64,000 nt of DNA from Rhodocyclaceae bacterium (GCA_024709955.1 JANJVS010000172.1:33314-97313), one strand, 5' to 3'; shown: positions 10,355-21,618, counted from the stretch's first letter. Notes: generated by a model from the letters alone, not told the origin. A program made the numbers and translations.

Positions 10355-11605
10355 CTAGAACGAAACGGCGGCCATCTTGGACTTGGCGAGCGGCGGATTC
10401 TGGGCGAAATAGCGCTTCATGCCCGACATCAGGGCGTCGGCCATCTTGTCCTGATAGCCGTCGTCGGTCAGGCGCGCCTCCTCCTCCGGGTTGGAAATGA
10501 AGGCGGTCTCGACGAGGATCGAGGGAATGTCGGGCGCCTTCAGCACGGCGAAGCCGGCCTGCTCGACATGCCCCTTGTGCAGGGTATTGATGCCGCCGAT
10601 CTCGCCGAGCACCGCCTTGGCGAGCTTGAGGCTGTCGTTGAGCGTGGCGGTCTGCGACAGGTCGAGCAGCGTGCGCGCGAGGTGCGGGTCCTTGACGCCG
10701 ATGTTCACGCCACCGATCAAGTCCGCAGCATTCTCCTTCTGGGCCAGCCAGCGCGCCGCCGACGACGAGGCGCCGTTCTCGGAGAGGACGAAGACCGAGG
10801 AGCCGCGCGCCGTCGGCTTGACGAATGCATCCGCATGCACCGACACGAACAGGTCGGCATTCACGCGCCGCGCCTTGGCGACGCGCTGCTGCAGCGGGAT
10901 GAAGAAATCGCCGTCGCGCGTCAGCAGCGCGCGCATGTTGGGCTGGGCGTCAATCTTGGCTTTGAGCCGGCGCGCGATGGCGAGGGTGACGTTCTTTTCC
11001 AGGCTGCCGCCGCGCCCGACGGCGCCCGGATCCTCGCCGCCGTGGCCGGGATCGATGACCACCGTGACGAGGCGCTGGATATCCGGCGCGTCGGCCGGCG
11101 GCTTCTGGCCGGGCCGGGCCGCCGCTTCCTGGTGTTTTTCGAGGAAGGCCATCAGCGGATCGGGCGGCTCGGCGGGATAGAGATCGAGCACCAACCGATG
11201 GCCGTAGTCGCCGACCGGCTTCAGGCTGAACACCTGGGGTACCACTTCGCCCTTGAGCTCGATGACGATGCGCACCACCTCGGGCTTGAAGCGGCCGGCG
11301 CGGATCAGCTTGATCTGCGGGTCGCTCTCCAGGATCTTGCCGGGCAGGCTTTGCAGCACCGAGTTGAACTCGACGCCCTCGATGTCGAGCACCAGCCGGT
11401 CGGGCCCCTTGAGCAGCATCTGCGTGAAACGCAGGGGCTGGTCGTGTTCGAGCGTGACGCGGGTGTAGTCGCTGGAAGGCCAGACGCGCACGCCGAGCAG
11501 GGTCGGCGCCGCGCCCCAGGCGACGGGCGTGACCAGCAGCGTCAGGCTGGCGCCGGCGAAGCGCAGGATGTCGCGGCGGGTGAAGACGGGAGCCGGCTCA
11601 GCCAT
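10355..11605 (-). CDS. amiC: N-acetylmuramoyl-L-alanine amidase (Tat signal + AMIN + Amidase_3)
   Basis: TRRDILR twin-arginine signal; IDPGHGGEDPGA, FVSVHADA, LVETAFISN. Confidence 0.95.
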   Translation of the reverse strand: MAEPAPVFTRRDILRFAGASLTLLVTPVAWGAAPTLLGVRVWPSSDYTRVTLEHDQPLRFTQMLLKGPDRLVLDIEGVEFNSVLQSLPGKILESDPQIKLIRAGRFKPEVVRIVIELKGEVVPQVFSLKPVGDYGHRLVLDLYPAEPPDPLMAFLEKHQEAAARPGQKPPADAPDIQRLVTVVIDPGHGGEDPGAVGRGGSLEKNVTLAIARRLKAKIDAQPNMRALLTRDGDFFIPLQQRVAKARRVNADLFVSVHADAFVKPTARGSSVFVLSENGASSSAARWLAQKENAADLIGGVNIGVKDPHLARTLLDLSQTATLNDSLKLAKAVLGEIGGINTLHKGHVEQAGFAVLKAPDIPSILVETAFISNPEEEARLTDDGYQDKMADALMSGMKRYFAQNPPLAKSKMAAVSF

Positions 11606-12069
11606 TCGCGCCCCCGTTCGCTGTCGGCCCGGAGATGGGCGCGCCGTCCGCCGCCGTCGAGTTCCAGCCGGATATGCAGGTCGCAGGCGGGCAGATACGG
11701 CCGTGCCCGGTCCGGCCATTCGACCAGACAGATGCCCACATCGGCGAAGTATTCGTCCAGACCCGCATCGAGAAATTCTTCCGGAACAGTGAATCTATAG
11801 AAATCAAAGTGATACAAGTTTAACCCAGAAACGACGTGAGGTTCAACCAGGGTGTAGGTGGGACTTTTCACCGTGCCGCCGGCGCCGAGTTTTCGCAGCA
11901 GGCCGCGCACCAGCGTGGTTTTGCCCGCGCCGAGGTCCCCCTCGAGGTAAACCACGGCCGCCGGCCGCGGGGCTTGAGGCATGGCCGTCGCCAGCGCGGC
12001 GCCCAGGCTCAGGGTCGCCGCCTCGTCCGGCAACGCAAAATCACGGCGGGTATCATCGGCGGCATGCAT
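11542..12069 (-). CDS. tsaE: tRNA t6A biosynthesis ATPase
   Basis: GDLGAGKTT Walker A, VKSPTYTLVE, HFDFYR, LVEWP. Confidence 0.97.
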   Translation of the reverse strand: MHAADDTRRDFALPDEAATLSLGAALATAMPQAPRPAAVVYLEGDLGAGKTTLVRGLLRKLGAGGTVKSPTYTLVEPHVVSGLNLYHFDFYRFTVPEEFLDAGLDEYFADVGICLVEWPDRARPYLPACDLHIRLELDGGGRRAHLRADSERGREWLSRLPSSPAATSCASPAPA

Positions 12070-13152
12070 GACTGGATTTCTCTGAAGGAACGGATTCGGG
12101 ACTGGGGCCGGGAACTGGGATTCGCCGCCGTCGGCTTCGCGGGCAGCGATCTCGGCGCCGCCGAAACCGGCCTGCTGGACTGGCTGGCGGCGGGCTGCCA
12201 CGGCGAGATGGATTATATGGCGAGCCACGGCACCAAGCGCGCGCGCCCGGCCGAGCTGGTGCCCGGCACCCGCGCGGTCATCGTCTGCCGCATGGATTAC
12301 CTGCCCGCGGCTCACCGCCCCGCCAGCGCGCCCCGCAGGAAGTACCCTTGGGGTGCCGACTTTTCGGACGATCCGGCGCACGCCGCGATTTCCCGCTACG
12401 CGCGGGGCCGCGACTACCACAAGCTGCTGCGCGCCCGCCTGCAGAAGCTGGCCGACCGCATCGCCGGCGAAGTCGGCGACTTCGGCTATCGCGTGTTCAC
12501 AGATTCAGCGCCGGTGATGGAGGTGGAGCTCGCCCGGAACGCCGGCCTCGGCTGGCGCGGCAAGCACACATTGCTGCTGTCGCGCGAGGCCGGCTCCTGG
12601 TTCTTTCTCGGCGAAATCTTCGTCGCTCTGCCGCTGCCGCCGGACGCTCCGGTGAGCGCCCACTGCGGCGACTGCACAGCCTGCCTCGACGTCTGCCCGA
12701 CCGGAGCCTTCCTCGGCCCCCACCGCCTCGACGCGCGGCGCTGCATTTCCTACCTGACCATCGAGCTCAAGGGCAGCATTCCGGAGGAACTGCGCCCCCT
12801 GCTCGGCAACCGCATCTACGGCTGCGACGACTGCCAGTTGGTCTGCCCATGGAACCGCTTTGCGCCGGTGACGCGCGAAGCCGACTTCCTGCCGCGCCAC
12901 GGACTCGACCGGTCATCGCTGGTCGAGCTGTTCGCCTGGACGGAGGAGGAATTCGACACGCGCCTGGCCGGCTCGCCGATCCGCCGCATCGGCCACGAGC
13001 GCTGGCTGCGCAACATCGCCGTGGCACTGGGGAATGACGCGCCGGCCGAGGAGGCCAGACGCGCGCTACAGACGCGCCGGGATCACCCGTCGGCCCTGGT
13101 GCGCGAACACGTGGCTTGGGCGCTGGCCCGCTTTTCCTCTCAGCCGGGCTGA
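12064..13152 (+). CDS. queG: Epoxyqueuosine reductase
   Basis: SRYARGRDYH, DSAPVME, CGDCTACLDVCPT, CISYLTIE, GCDDCQLVCPWN. Confidence 0.97.
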   Translation: MHDWISLKERIRDWGRELGFAAVGFAGSDLGAAETGLLDWLAAGCHGEMDYMASHGTKRARPAELVPGTRAVIVCRMDYLPAAHRPASAPRRKYPWGADFSDDPAHAAISRYARGRDYHKLLRARLQKLADRIAGEVGDFGYRVFTDSAPVMEVELARNAGLGWRGKHTLLLSREAGSWFFLGEIFVALPLPPDAPVSAHCGDCTACLDVCPTGAFLGPHRLDARRCISYLTIELKGSIPEELRPLLGNRIYGCDDCQLVCPWNRFAPVTREADFLPRHGLDRSSLVELFAWTEEEFDTRLAGSPIRRIGHERWLRNIAVALGNDAPAEEARRALQTRRDHPSALVREHVAWALARFSSQPG

Positions 13153-13994
13153 TCGCCCGTGGCGACGGGCCGCGCGGGATCGCTGCACCACTCGCTCCAC
13201 GAGCCGGGATAGAGCTTCGAACCGGACAGGCCGGCGATCTCCATCGCCAGCAGGTTGTGGCAGGCGGTGACGCCCGAGCCGCACTGCTGCACGACGCACG
13301 TCGGCTCGCGGCCGTCGAGCAGATCCGCGAACTCGGCGCGCAGTTCGTCGGCCGGCTTGAAGAAGCAGCCGGCATCGTCGAGATTGTCGAAGTAGAAGCG
13401 GTTAAGCGCGCCGGGGATGTGGCCAGCCACCGGATCGAGGGTTTCGTTCTCGCCCGCGTAGCGGTCCTCGCCGCGCGCGTCGAGCAGCAGCATCCGCGGC
13501 GACCGCAGGTTGGCCAGCACATAGGCCGTATCGACCTGCTCGTCGCGCGGCCGGGGCACGAACTGGGCGGGAGCGAACGGGCGCACCTCGGTTTCCAGCG
13601 GCAGCTTGGCGCGCCGCCAGCCCGGCAGACCGCCGTCAAGCAGGGCCACCTTGTCGTGACCCAGCCAGCGCAGCATCCACCAGAGGCGCGAGGCGAAAAT
13701 GCCGCCCTCGTTGTCGTAGGCGACCACCTGGGTATCGGGGCCAACGCCACAGGCGCTCATCTTCGCGGCGAAGTCCTCGATCGCCGGCAGCGGATGACGC
13801 CCGTTCTTCCCGGTCATCGGTCCAGACATGTCGCGGTCAAGATGGAGAAACAGCGCACCGGGAATGTGGCCCTTGGCATAGGCCTGGCCACCGTATTCGG
13901 TGTTCTTCAGATCGTGCCGGCAGTCGAAGACGCGCCAGGCGGGATCGTCGACATGGGCCGCGAGAGTTTCGACACTGACCAGCGTGCTCGACAT
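13140..13994 (-). CDS. sseA: Tandem-domain rhodanese / 3-mercaptopyruvate sulfurtransferase-like
   Basis: GHIPGA twice, active-site CGSGVTAC, YPGSWSEW signature. Confidence 0.9.
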   Translation of the reverse strand: MSSTLVSVETLAAHVDDPAWRVFDCRHDLKNTEYGGQAYAKGHIPGALFLHLDRDMSGPMTGKNGRHPLPAIEDFAAKMSACGVGPDTQVVAYDNEGGIFASRLWWMLRWLGHDKVALLDGGLPGWRRAKLPLETEVRPFAPAQFVPRPRDEQVDTAYVLANLRSPRMLLLDARGEDRYAGENETLDPVAGHIPGALNRFYFDNLDDAGCFFKPADELRAEFADLLDGREPTCVVQQCGSGVTACHNLLAMEIAGLSGSKLYPGSWSEWCSDPARPVATGDQPG

Positions 13995-14001
13995 GGTCGC
14001 C

Positions 14002-14364
14002 TCACTCGCCTGCGCTGGTCAGCCAGGCGCGCGCCTCCGCCGCGTCGGTGAACACGCGCAGGTCGGCGCTGACGAACAGCTGTTCGAGCCAGGCGCTCCA
14101 GGCCACCCACTGGCTGTCGGTGACGACCGCGATGCGGTTGAAGTCGCCGCCGTGGGTGCGCGAGAACTTGATTTCCTCGACCGCCACATCGACGGTGAAG
14201 CCGGCCATCTCGGTCAGGTCGAACAACAGGTCGAGCCGGCCGCCGGCACTGTCCAGGCGGCCCTCGGCCAGCACGTACTCCTCGAACTCGCGGAAATCGT
14301 CGAGAGTGAATTCGCCCAGGACGGCAGCCGTCACCAGGTTCCGGGTTTGGTCAATGGTAATCAT
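14002..14364 (-). CDS. STAS/SEC14 (SpoIIAA-like) domain protein
   Basis: LLFDLTEMAGFT..IAVVTDSQWVAW..RVF pattern; ATGA overlap with the Rieske gene stop. Confidence 0.75.
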   Translation of the reverse strand: MITIDQTRNLVTAAVLGEFTLDDFREFEEYVLAEGRLDSAGGRLDLLFDLTEMAGFTVDVAVEEIKFSRTHGGDFNRIAVVTDSQWVAWSAWLEQLFVSADLRVFTDAAEARAWLTSAGE

Positions 14365-15476
14365 CGTTCTGCTAGGGCCTCGGCCATGATGCGGCGATAG
14401 AACTCGTGGAAATGCTGCATGCCGTCCTCCATCGGGGACTGGTAGGGACCGACCTCGCTGCGGCCCTGCTTGAGCAGTGCCCAGCGGCCGCGGTCCATGC
14501 GCTCGCCGATATCGTCGTCCTCGATCGCCGTCTCCATGTAGGCGGCCTGCTCGGCCTTGATGAACTCGGGCTCGAACAGGGCGATATCCTCGGGATAGTA
14601 GAACTCGACGACGTTCAGCGTCTTGTTGATGTCCTGCGGGATCAGCGTCGAGACCACCAGCACGTGCGGATACCACTCGACCATGATGTTCGGGTAGTAA
14701 GTAAGCCACACCGCGCCCTGGCGCGGCTGCTCGCCCTTGGCGCCGTAGTACTCGCGCACCGCCTTCTGCCAGCGGGCGTAGACCGGCGAGCCTTCCTTGA
14801 GCAGGGAGGTGATGCCGACCTTCTGCACCGAATACCAGTCGGCGAACTGCCAGGAGAGGTCGTCGCAGGTGACGAAGTTGCCCAGGCCCGGATGGTAGGG
14901 CACGACGTGGTAGTCCTCGAGATAGACCTCGATGAAGGTCTTCCAGTTGTAGTTGCACTGGTGCAGCTCGACGTGGTCGAGCTTGTAGCCGGAGAAATCG
15001 AACTCCGGGGCAACCTTCATGCCGGCCAGGTCGACGCCGGCCGAGCGCGGTCCCTTGAACAGCAGGCCGTTCCAGGACTCCAGCTTCTGCTTGTTCAGGT
15101 TGAGGCAGGGATTGGCGGGAAAATGCGGCGCGCCGATCAGTTCGCCCGCCGTGTCGTAGGTCCAGCGGTGGATCGGGCAGACGACGTTCTGCGCCGTGCC
15201 GGAGCCCTGCAGCATGATCGCTTGGCGATGGCGGCAGACGTTGGACATCTGGTAGATGCCGTCCGGTTGGCGCACCAGGATGTGGGAATGGTCGGTCCAC
15301 TCGGTGGAGCGGTAGTTGTACAGCTCCGGCACCATGAGCTCATGGCCGACATAGCCCGGACCGGCATCGAAGATGAGCTTTTTCTCCAGTTCGAAGAGCT
15401 TTTCGTCGAAGTACCACTCGACGGGAAACTGGGAAGCACCCGGCGCGAGCTGCGCCTTGGTTGCGATGTCGGACAT
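14361..15476 (-). CDS. Rieske non-heme iron oxygenase, alpha subunit family
   Basis: Rieske CRH..CPIH motif; mononuclear-iron motif NWKTFIEVYLEDYHVVPYH; late Asp in EDDDI. Confidence 0.92.
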   Translation of the reverse strand: MSDIATKAQLAPGASQFPVEWYFDEKLFELEKKLIFDAGPGYVGHELMVPELYNYRSTEWTDHSHILVRQPDGIYQMSNVCRHRQAIMLQGSGTAQNVVCPIHRWTYDTAGELIGAPHFPANPCLNLNKQKLESWNGLLFKGPRSAGVDLAGMKVAPEFDFSGYKLDHVELHQCNYNWKTFIEVYLEDYHVVPYHPGLGNFVTCDDLSWQFADWYSVQKVGITSLLKEGSPVYARWQKAVREYYGAKGEQPRQGAVWLTYYPNIMVEWYPHVLVVSTLIPQDINKTLNVVEFYYPEDIALFEPEFIKAEQAAYMETAIEDDDIGERMDRGRWALLKQGRSEVGPYQSPMEDGMQHFHEFYRRIMAEALAER

Positions 15477-15621
15477 GATTAACCAACCTCCAATTGATCA
15501 CCCGGAAACCGGCGCTGGGTTCGCGAATAAGGAAAATCGCGGGGTCCGCGAGTATAGCCAATTTGACCGGATCGGGCACCATAGGCTATTTTTACGGGTT
15601 CGCGAATTCGCCAGCCCCCGC

Positions 15622-15873
15622 ATGAAAGCCATTTCCAAGCCTCCGCCCTCGTTCGAGGCCGCCCTGCAGGAACTCGAAGGCATCGTCCAGACGCTGGAAG
15701 GCGGTGGCGCGCCCCTCGAAGATTCCCTCAAGGCCTACGAGCGCGGCGTCAGCCTGCTCGACTACTGCCAGGCGACGCTCGGCCAGGCCGAGCAGAAAAT
15801 CCGCATTCTCGACAACGGCAGCCTGCGCGATCTAGCCAGACCAGCGACCGGCAGCGAAGGCGAAGCCTCTTGA
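15622..15873 (+). CDS. xseB: Exodeoxyribonuclease VII small subunit
   Basis: SFEAALQELEGIV..LEDSLKAYERG..AEQKI; precedes ispA. Confidence 0.95.
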   Translation: MKAISKPPPSFEAALQELEGIVQTLEGGGAPLEDSLKAYERGVSLLDYCQATLGQAEQKIRILDNGSLRDLARPATGSEGEAS

Positions 15874-16760
15874 AGCCCGATTTCGCCCCCTGGATGGCCA
15901 TGATCCAGCGCCGTACCGAGATCGCGCTGGAACGCTGGCTGCCGCCGGCCGCCACCGCGCCGGCGCGGCTGCACGAAGCGATGCGCTACAGCGTGCTGGG
16001 CGGCGGCAAGCGCATGCGCCCCCTGCTTTGCCACGCCGCCGGCGAAGTGCTCGGCGCCGATCCACAATACGCGGATGTCGCCGCCTGCGCGGTCGAGCTG
16101 ATCCATGCCTATTCCCTGGTGCATGACGACATGCCCTGCATGGACAACGACGTGCTGCGCCGCGGCCGCCCGACCTGCCACGTCGAATTCGGCGAAGCCA
16201 CCGCCCTGCTGGTCGGCGACGCGCTGCAAACCCTCGCCTTTCAGCTGCTGGCCGAACAGCCCGCCGCCCCCGATGCGCGGCGCCAACTCGCCATGGTGAC
16301 CCTGCTGGCCACGGCCGCCGGCTCGCGCGGCATGGCCGGCGGCCAGGCCATCGACCTCGCCGCCGTCGGCATGGCGCTGAGCGTCGAGGAACTCGAATTC
16401 ATGCACATCCACAAGACCGGGGCGTTGATCCGCGCCGCCGTCCTGCTCGGCGCCCATGCCGGTGCCGCCGATGCCGACGCCCTCCAGTCGCTCGGCCATT
16501 ACGCCAGCCGGGCCGGCCTGCTGTTCCAGGTGGTGGACGATATTCTCGACGCGGAAGGCAGTACGGTGACCCTCGGCAAGACGGCCGGCAAGGATGCCGC
16601 CCAGGACAAGCCCACCTACGTCAGCATGCTCGGCCTCGCCCGCGCCAAGGAGCTTGCCGCGCGCCTGCGCGGCGAGGCCCACGGGGCGCTCGACGCCTGC
16701 GCCCACGACACTTCGCGTCTGCACGACCTCACCGACTACATCGTGGACCGCAGCTTCTGA
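15870..16760 (+). CDS. ispA: Farnesyl diphosphate synthase
   Basis: [31 protein letters not shown]; TTG start overlapping the xseB stop. Confidence 0.96.
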   Translation: MKPDFAPWMAMIQRRTEIALERWLPPAATAPARLHEAMRYSVLGGGKRMRPLLCHAAGEVLGADPQYADVAACAVELIHAYSLVHDDMPCMDNDVLRRGRPTCHVEFGEATALLVGDALQTLAFQLLAEQPAAPDARRQLAMVTLLATAAGSRGMAGGQAIDLAAVGMALSVEELEFMHIHKTGALIRAAVLLGAHAGAADADALQSLGHYASRAGLLFQVVDDILDAEGSTVTLGKTAGKDAAQDKPTYVSMLGLARAKELAARLRGEAHGALDACAHDTSRLHDLTDYIVDRSF

Positions 16761-16762
16761 CG

Positions 16763-18619
16763 ATGTCCTACCCCCTTCTCGAATCCATCGCCGACCCGAC
16801 CGACCTGCGCGCGATGACGCGCGACCAGCTCCCCGCGCTGGCGGACGAGCTGCGCGCCTTCCTGCTCGACTCGGTGGCGAAGACCGGCGGCCACTTGTCC
16901 TCCAATCTCGGCACCATCGAGCTCACCGTCGCCCTGCATTACGTCTTCGCCACGCCCGAAGACCGCCTGGTGTGGGACGTCGGCCACCAGACCTACGCGC
17001 ACAAGGTTCTCACCGGCCGCCGCGCCGGCATGACCAGGCTGCGCATGAAGGACGGCATCTCAGGCTTCCCCAAGCGCGACGAAAGCCCCTACGACACCTT
17101 CGGCGTCGGCCACTCGTCCACCTCGATCTCCGCCGCCCTCGGCATGGCGGTGGCGGCGCGCGACAAGGGCGAGGACCGGCGGGTGGTCGCCATCATCGGC
17201 GACGGTGCCATGTCTGCCGGCCAGGCCTTCGAGGCGCTCAACAACGCCGGCGTGATCGATGCCAACCTGCTGGTGATCCTCAACGACAACGACATGTCGA
17301 TCTCGCCGCCGGTCGGCGCGCTCAACAAGTATCTCGCGCGCCTGCTCTCGGGGCGCACCTTCAACGCCGCGCGCAAGGCCGGCGAAAAGGTGCTGTCGGT
17401 CGCGCCGCCGTTGCTGGAACTCGCCAAGCGCGCCGAGGAGCACGTCAAGGGCATGTTCGTGCCGGGCACGCTGTTCGAGGAATTCGGTTTCAACTACATC
17501 GGCCCGATCGATGGTCACGACCTCGACTCGCTGATCCCGACGCTGGAAAACCTGCGCCAGCTCAAGGGTCCGCAGTTCCTCCACATCATCACGAAGAAGG
17601 GGCAGGGTTACAAGCTCGCCGAGGCCGATCCCGTCCTTTATCACGGGGTCTCCAAATTCGACGCCGCCAATGGCATCCAGGGCAAGAGCGGCGGCAAGCC
17701 GACCTTCACCCAGGTCTTCGGCGACTGGCTGTGCGACATGGCGGAAGCCGACGCACGCCTGGTCGGCATCACGCCCGCCATGTGCGAGGGCTCGGGCATG
17801 ACGCGTTTCGCCACCAGCCATCCCTCGCGCTACCACGACGTCGGCATCGCCGAACAGCATGCGCTGACCTTCGCCGCCGGCCTCGCCTGCGAGGGCATGA
17901 AGCCCGTCGTCGCGATCTATTCGACCTTCCTGCAGCGCGCCTACGACCAGCTGATCCACGACATCGCGCTGCAGAACCTCGACGTCACCCTGGCCATCGA
18001 CCGCGGCGGTCTGGTCGGCGCCGACGGCGCGACCCATCAGGGCGCCTTCGACCTCTCCTACCTGGCCTGCATCCCCAACATGGTGGTGATGGCGCCGGCA
18101 GACGAAAACGAATGCCGCCAGATGCTGACCGCCGCCTACCAGCATCCGGGGCCCGCCGCGGTGCGCTATCCGCGTGGCACCGGTCCCGGCGTCCCGCCAG
18201 CGCCGACTTTCGAGGGCCTGCCGCTGGGCAAGGGCGAGGTGCGTCGTCGCGGCAAGGGGATCGTGATTTTTTCCTTCGGCACCCTGCTGGCTCCCGCCCT
18301 GGAGGCCGGCGCCATCCTCGACGCCACCGTGGTCAACATGCGCTTCGTCAAGCCGCTCGACCTGGCGCTGGTCCGCGAGCTGGCCGCGGGCCACGACCTG
18401 CTGGTCACGCTGGAGGAAAACGCCGTCATCGGCGGAGCCGGCTCGGAAGTCGCACGCGCGCTTGAAGGCATGGGCGTGGTCAAGCCGCTGCTGCGCCTCG
18501 GCCTGCCGGACTGTTTCATCGAACATGGCGAACAGGGACAGATGCTCGCCGAACTGGGTCTGAGCGCCACCGCCTTGGTCGAGCGCATCAGGCAATTTCA
18601 GCAATCCACCATTACTTGA
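16763..18619 (+). CDS. dxs: 1-deoxy-D-xylulose-5-phosphate synthase
   Basis: [40 protein letters not shown]. Confidence 0.99.
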   Translation: MSYPLLESIADPTDLRAMTRDQLPALADELRAFLLDSVAKTGGHLSSNLGTIELTVALHYVFATPEDRLVWDVGHQTYAHKVLTGRRAGMTRLRMKDGISGFPKRDESPYDTFGVGHSSTSISAALGMAVAARDKGEDRRVVAIIGDGAMSAGQAFEALNNAGVIDANLLVILNDNDMSISPPVGALNKYLARLLSGRTFNAARKAGEKVLSVAPPLLELAKRAEEHVKGMFVPGTLFEEFGFNYIGPIDGHDLDSLIPTLENLRQLKGPQFLHIITKKGQGYKLAEADPVLYHGVSKFDAANGIQGKSGGKPTFTQVFGDWLCDMAEADARLVGITPAMCEGSGMTRFATSHPSRYHDVGIAEQHALTFAAGLACEGMKPVVAIYSTFLQRAYDQLIHDIALQNLDVTLAIDRGGLVGADGATHQGAFDLSYLACIPNMVVMAPADENECRQMLTAAYQHPGPAAVRYPRGTGPGVPPAPTFEGLPLGKGEVRRRGKGIVIFSFGTLLAPALEAGAILDATVVNMRFVKPLDLALVRELAAGHDLLVTLEENAVIGGAGSEVARALEGMGVVKPLLRLGLPDCFIEHGEQGQMLAELGLSATALVERIRQFQQSTIT

Positions 18620-18644
18620 GCGATTTTGTCGGGAATGTTATAGT
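18616..18644 (+). promoter_or_regulatory. Sigma70 promoter for folE2
   Basis: TTGAGC-N17-TATAGT with an extended -10 TG. Confidence 0.65.
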
Positions 18645-18707
18645 GACGCGGAACGACAGGACGGCATCGATCGCCCTGCGCACTCCCAACCCCACGGAGA
18701 CTTCCCG

Positions 18708-19514
18708 ATGAACCTGAAAGACATCATGGCCATACCTGACGTTCAATCCAGCATCGATTCACGCCAGCTGCCGATCAACAAGGTCGGCATCAAGTCGATC
18801 CGCCACCCCGTCAAGGTACTCGACAAGAGCGGCGGCGTGCAGCACACCATCGCAAGCTTCAACATGTACGTCGGGCTGCCGCATAACTTCAAGGGCACGC
18901 ACATGTCGCGCTTCGTCGAGATCCTCAACGGCCACGAGCGCGAGATCTCGGTCGAGAATTACGAACCGATGCTGCGCGAGATGGTCAAGCGCCTCGAGGC
19001 GGAGACCGGGCATCTCGAGATGGGCTTCCCCTACTTCATCAACAAGGAGGCGCCGGTCTCCAAGGTGAAGAGCCTGCTCGACTACGAGGTCACCTTCATC
19101 GGCGAGATTCTCGACGGCGACCGCTTCCGCCAGACCACGCGCGTGGTCGTGCCCGCCACCAGCCTGTGTCCCTGCTCGAAGAAGATCTCCGAGCGCGGCG
19201 CCCACAACCAGCGTTCGCACATCACCATCACCGCCACCACCAACAGCTTCGTCTGGATCGAGGAACTCGTGCAGATGGCCGAAGGCCAGGCTTCCTGCGA
19301 GCTCTACGGCCTGCTCAAGCGCCCCGACGAGAAGATGGTCACCGAGCGCGCCTACGACAACCCGAAGTTCGTCGAGGACATCGTGCGCGACGTCGCCGGC
19401 GTGCTCAACGCCGACCCGCGCATCGATGCCTACGTGGTCGAGTCGGAGAACTTCGAGTCGATCCACAACCACTCGGCCTACGCCCTGATCGAACGCGACA
19501 AGACCACCGGTTAA
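18708..19514 (+). CDS. folE2: GTP cyclohydrolase I type 2
   Basis: [34 protein letters not shown]. Confidence 0.97.
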   Translation: MNLKDIMAIPDVQSSIDSRQLPINKVGIKSIRHPVKVLDKSGGVQHTIASFNMYVGLPHNFKGTHMSRFVEILNGHEREISVENYEPMLREMVKRLEAETGHLEMGFPYFINKEAPVSKVKSLLDYEVTFIGEILDGDRFRQTTRVVVPATSLCPCSKKISERGAHNQRSHITITATTNSFVWIEELVQMAEGQASCELYGLLKRPDEKMVTERAYDNPKFVEDIVRDVAGVLNADPRIDAYVVESENFESIHNHSAYALIERDKTTG

Positions 19515-19554
19515 AGGCTGCTCTGACGCACGAAAAACCGTTCTGACCCGCGAT

Positions 19555-19585
19555 AAAAAAAGGGACGCCAAGGCGTCCCTTTTTT
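19555..19585. terminator. Bidirectional rho-independent terminator (folE2 / rplS)
   Basis: A7-GGGACGCC-AA-GGCGTCCC-T6 between convergent genes. Confidence 0.9.
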
Positions 19586-19659
19586 GTGGCCAGTTTTTGG
19601 TTCCGGCGTAACGCCTGCTGTCGCAGGCATGAGCCTTCACCAAAAGCTCGTGGAATACC

Positions 19660-20037
19660 TTATTCCTTGGTTTCCGCCGTCTTGCGCACGAGCTTTTCCT
19701 TGATGCGCGCCGACTTGCCGGAGCGCTCGCGCAGATAGTAGAGCTTGGCGCGGCGCACGTCGCCGCGGCGCTTGACCTCAATGCTGGCGATCATCGGCGA
19801 ATAACTCTGGAAGGTGCGCTCGACGCCTTCGCCGGCGGAGACCTTGCGCACGATGAAGCTGGAGTTGAGCCCGCGGTTGCGCTTGGCGATCACCACGCCC
19901 TCGAAGGCCTGGACGCGCTTGCGCTCGCCTTCCACGACGTTGACGTTGACCACCACGGTGTCGCCGGGGGCGAAGTCGGGAATGGTCTTGCCAAGACGTT
20001 CGATTTCTTCCTTTTCCAACTGCTGAATCAGATTCAT
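19660..20037 (-). CDS. rplS: 50S ribosomal protein L19
   Basis: [31 protein letters not shown]. Confidence 0.99.
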   Translation of the reverse strand: MNLIQQLEKEEIERLGKTIPDFAPGDTVVVNVNVVEGERKRVQAFEGVVIAKRNRGLNSSFIVRKVSAGEGVERTFQSYSPMIASIEVKRRGDVRRAKLYYLRERSGKSARIKEKLVRKTAETKE

Positions 20038-20052
20038 GTCGTATTTTCCTTA

Positions 20053-20835
20053 TCAAGTTGCACTGTCACGACCGCAGAGCTCCTCCGCTTCGATTTCACG
20101 CAGGAGTTGCGCTTCTTCCTTGCTCAAACCGCGAGCACGTTGCGCCAGCCATTCGGCAAACAGCTCCGGGCGGCGCTCCCGGGTCCGCGCCAGCGACTGC
20201 TTGCGTCGCCAGCGGCGGATGTTCTCGTGGTGGCCGGAGAGCAGAACCTCCGGCACCGCCAAACCCTCATACAGCTCGGGCCGCGTGTAATGCGGACAAT
20301 CCAGCAGCCCATCCACGAACGAGTCCTCCACCGCCGAGGCCTCGTCGTTCAAGGCTCCCGGCAATTGGCGGACGCAGGCGTCGATCAGCGCCAGCGCGGC
20401 CAACTCGCCCCCCGAGAGCACGAAGTCTCCCAAGGAAATTTCCTCATCGACGCGCCGCTCGATCAGCCGCTCGTCGACTCCTTCATACCGGCCGCAGAGC
20501 AGGATCGCTCCGTCTCCGGCGGCCAGTTCTGCGACGCGGCGATGCGTCAGCGGCCTGCCTTGCGGCGACAGGTAGATCACCCGCGCCCGATCCTGCCGCG
20601 CCGCCTGGGCCGCATCGATCGCACGCTCCAGTGGCTTCGCCTGCATCACCATCCCCGGACCACCGCCGAACGGCCGGTCATCCACCGTGCGCCAGGCGTT
20701 TTCCGCCCAGTCGCGCGGATTCCAGCACTCCAGCCGCCACAAGCCGCGCTCCAGCGCCCGGCGGCTGATGCCGCAACCGGTCACGGCCGCGAACATCTCG
20801 GGGAACAGCGTCACGACGTCAAAGCGCAGGCTCAT
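20053..20835 (-). CDS. trmD: tRNA (guanine37-N1)-methyltransferase
   Basis: [33 protein letters not shown]. Confidence 0.99.
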   Translation of the reverse strand: MSLRFDVVTLFPEMFAAVTGCGISRRALERGLWRLECWNPRDWAENAWRTVDDRPFGGGPGMVMQAKPLERAIDAAQAARQDRARVIYLSPQGRPLTHRRVAELAAGDGAILLCGRYEGVDERLIERRVDEEISLGDFVLSGGELAALALIDACVRQLPGALNDEASAVEDSFVDGLLDCPHYTRPELYEGLAVPEVLLSGHHENIRRWRRKQSLARTRERRPELFAEWLAQRARGLSKEEAQLLREIEAEELCGRDSAT

Positions 20836-20848
20836 CGCCCAGCCCCGA

Positions 20849-21364
20849 TCACCAGTCGCTCTCCCAGTCGACGCGCATCACGCCGGCCGGCACATCCACA
20901 TCCTTCACCACCTGGCCGACGAAGGGCAGCAGACGCTCGATTCTGCGCTCGCCCTCGCCGTCCGCCACCACCATCACCGCATGAGCGCCCGACTCGATCA
21001 ACTCGGCCACCCGGCCCAGACTCTGTCCGCCGGCATTGACGACTTCCAGGCCGAGCAGGTCGGCCCAGTAGTACTCGTCCGGCTCCGTCCGAGGCAAGGC
21101 CGCGCGCGGCGCGCCGATATACTGGCCAACCAGTGCTTCGGCGCCATTGCGGTCCTCGACCCCGAGCAGCTTGGCCACCCAGCTCTTGCCATGCATGCGC
21201 ATGGACTGGAGCGGATAGGCGCGCCAGGCGGAAAAATCCTTGTCGTCGGCGCCGAGCCACCAGCGGTCGATCCCCGCCCAACTGGCCGGGTCATCGCCGA
21301 ACGGATGCAGTCTGACCCAGCCCTTGACACCGTATGGGGCAGTGACGCGCCCCAGGACGATCAT
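20849..21364 (-). CDS. rimM: Ribosome maturation factor RimM
   Basis: [22 protein letters not shown]; lies between rpsP and trmD. Confidence 0.97.
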   Translation of the reverse strand: MIVLGRVTAPYGVKGWVRLHPFGDDPASWAGIDRWWLGADDKDFSAWRAYPLQSMRMHGKSWVAKLLGVEDRNGAEALVGQYIGAPRAALPRTEPDEYYWADLLGLEVVNAGGQSLGRVAELIESGAHAVMVVADGEGERRIERLLPFVGQVVKDVDVPAGVMRVDWESDW

Positions 21365-21369
21365 GCAGC

Positions 21370-21618
21370 TCAGGCAGCCTTGGCGAACTGCTTGACCAGG
21401 CGCGCGGCGGTCGGCGACAGCTGGGCGCCCTTGCCCTGCCAGTACGCCAGACGCTCGGCGTCGATCACCAAGCCTTTTTCATTTTCGGCGGCCACCGGGT
21501 TGTAGTAGCCGACACGTTCCACAAAGCGCCCATCGCGGCGGTTACGCGAGTCGGTAACCACCATGTTGAAGAAGGGACGCTTCTTTGCGCCGCTGCGGGC
21601 GAGACGAATGACAACCAT
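21370..21618 (-). CDS. rpsP: 30S ribosomal protein S16
   Basis: [36 protein letters not shown]. Confidence 0.99.
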   Translation of the reverse strand: MVVIRLARSGAKKRPFFNMVVTDSRNRRDGRFVERVGYYNPVAAENEKGLVIDAERLAYWQGKGAQLSPTAARLVKQFAKAA

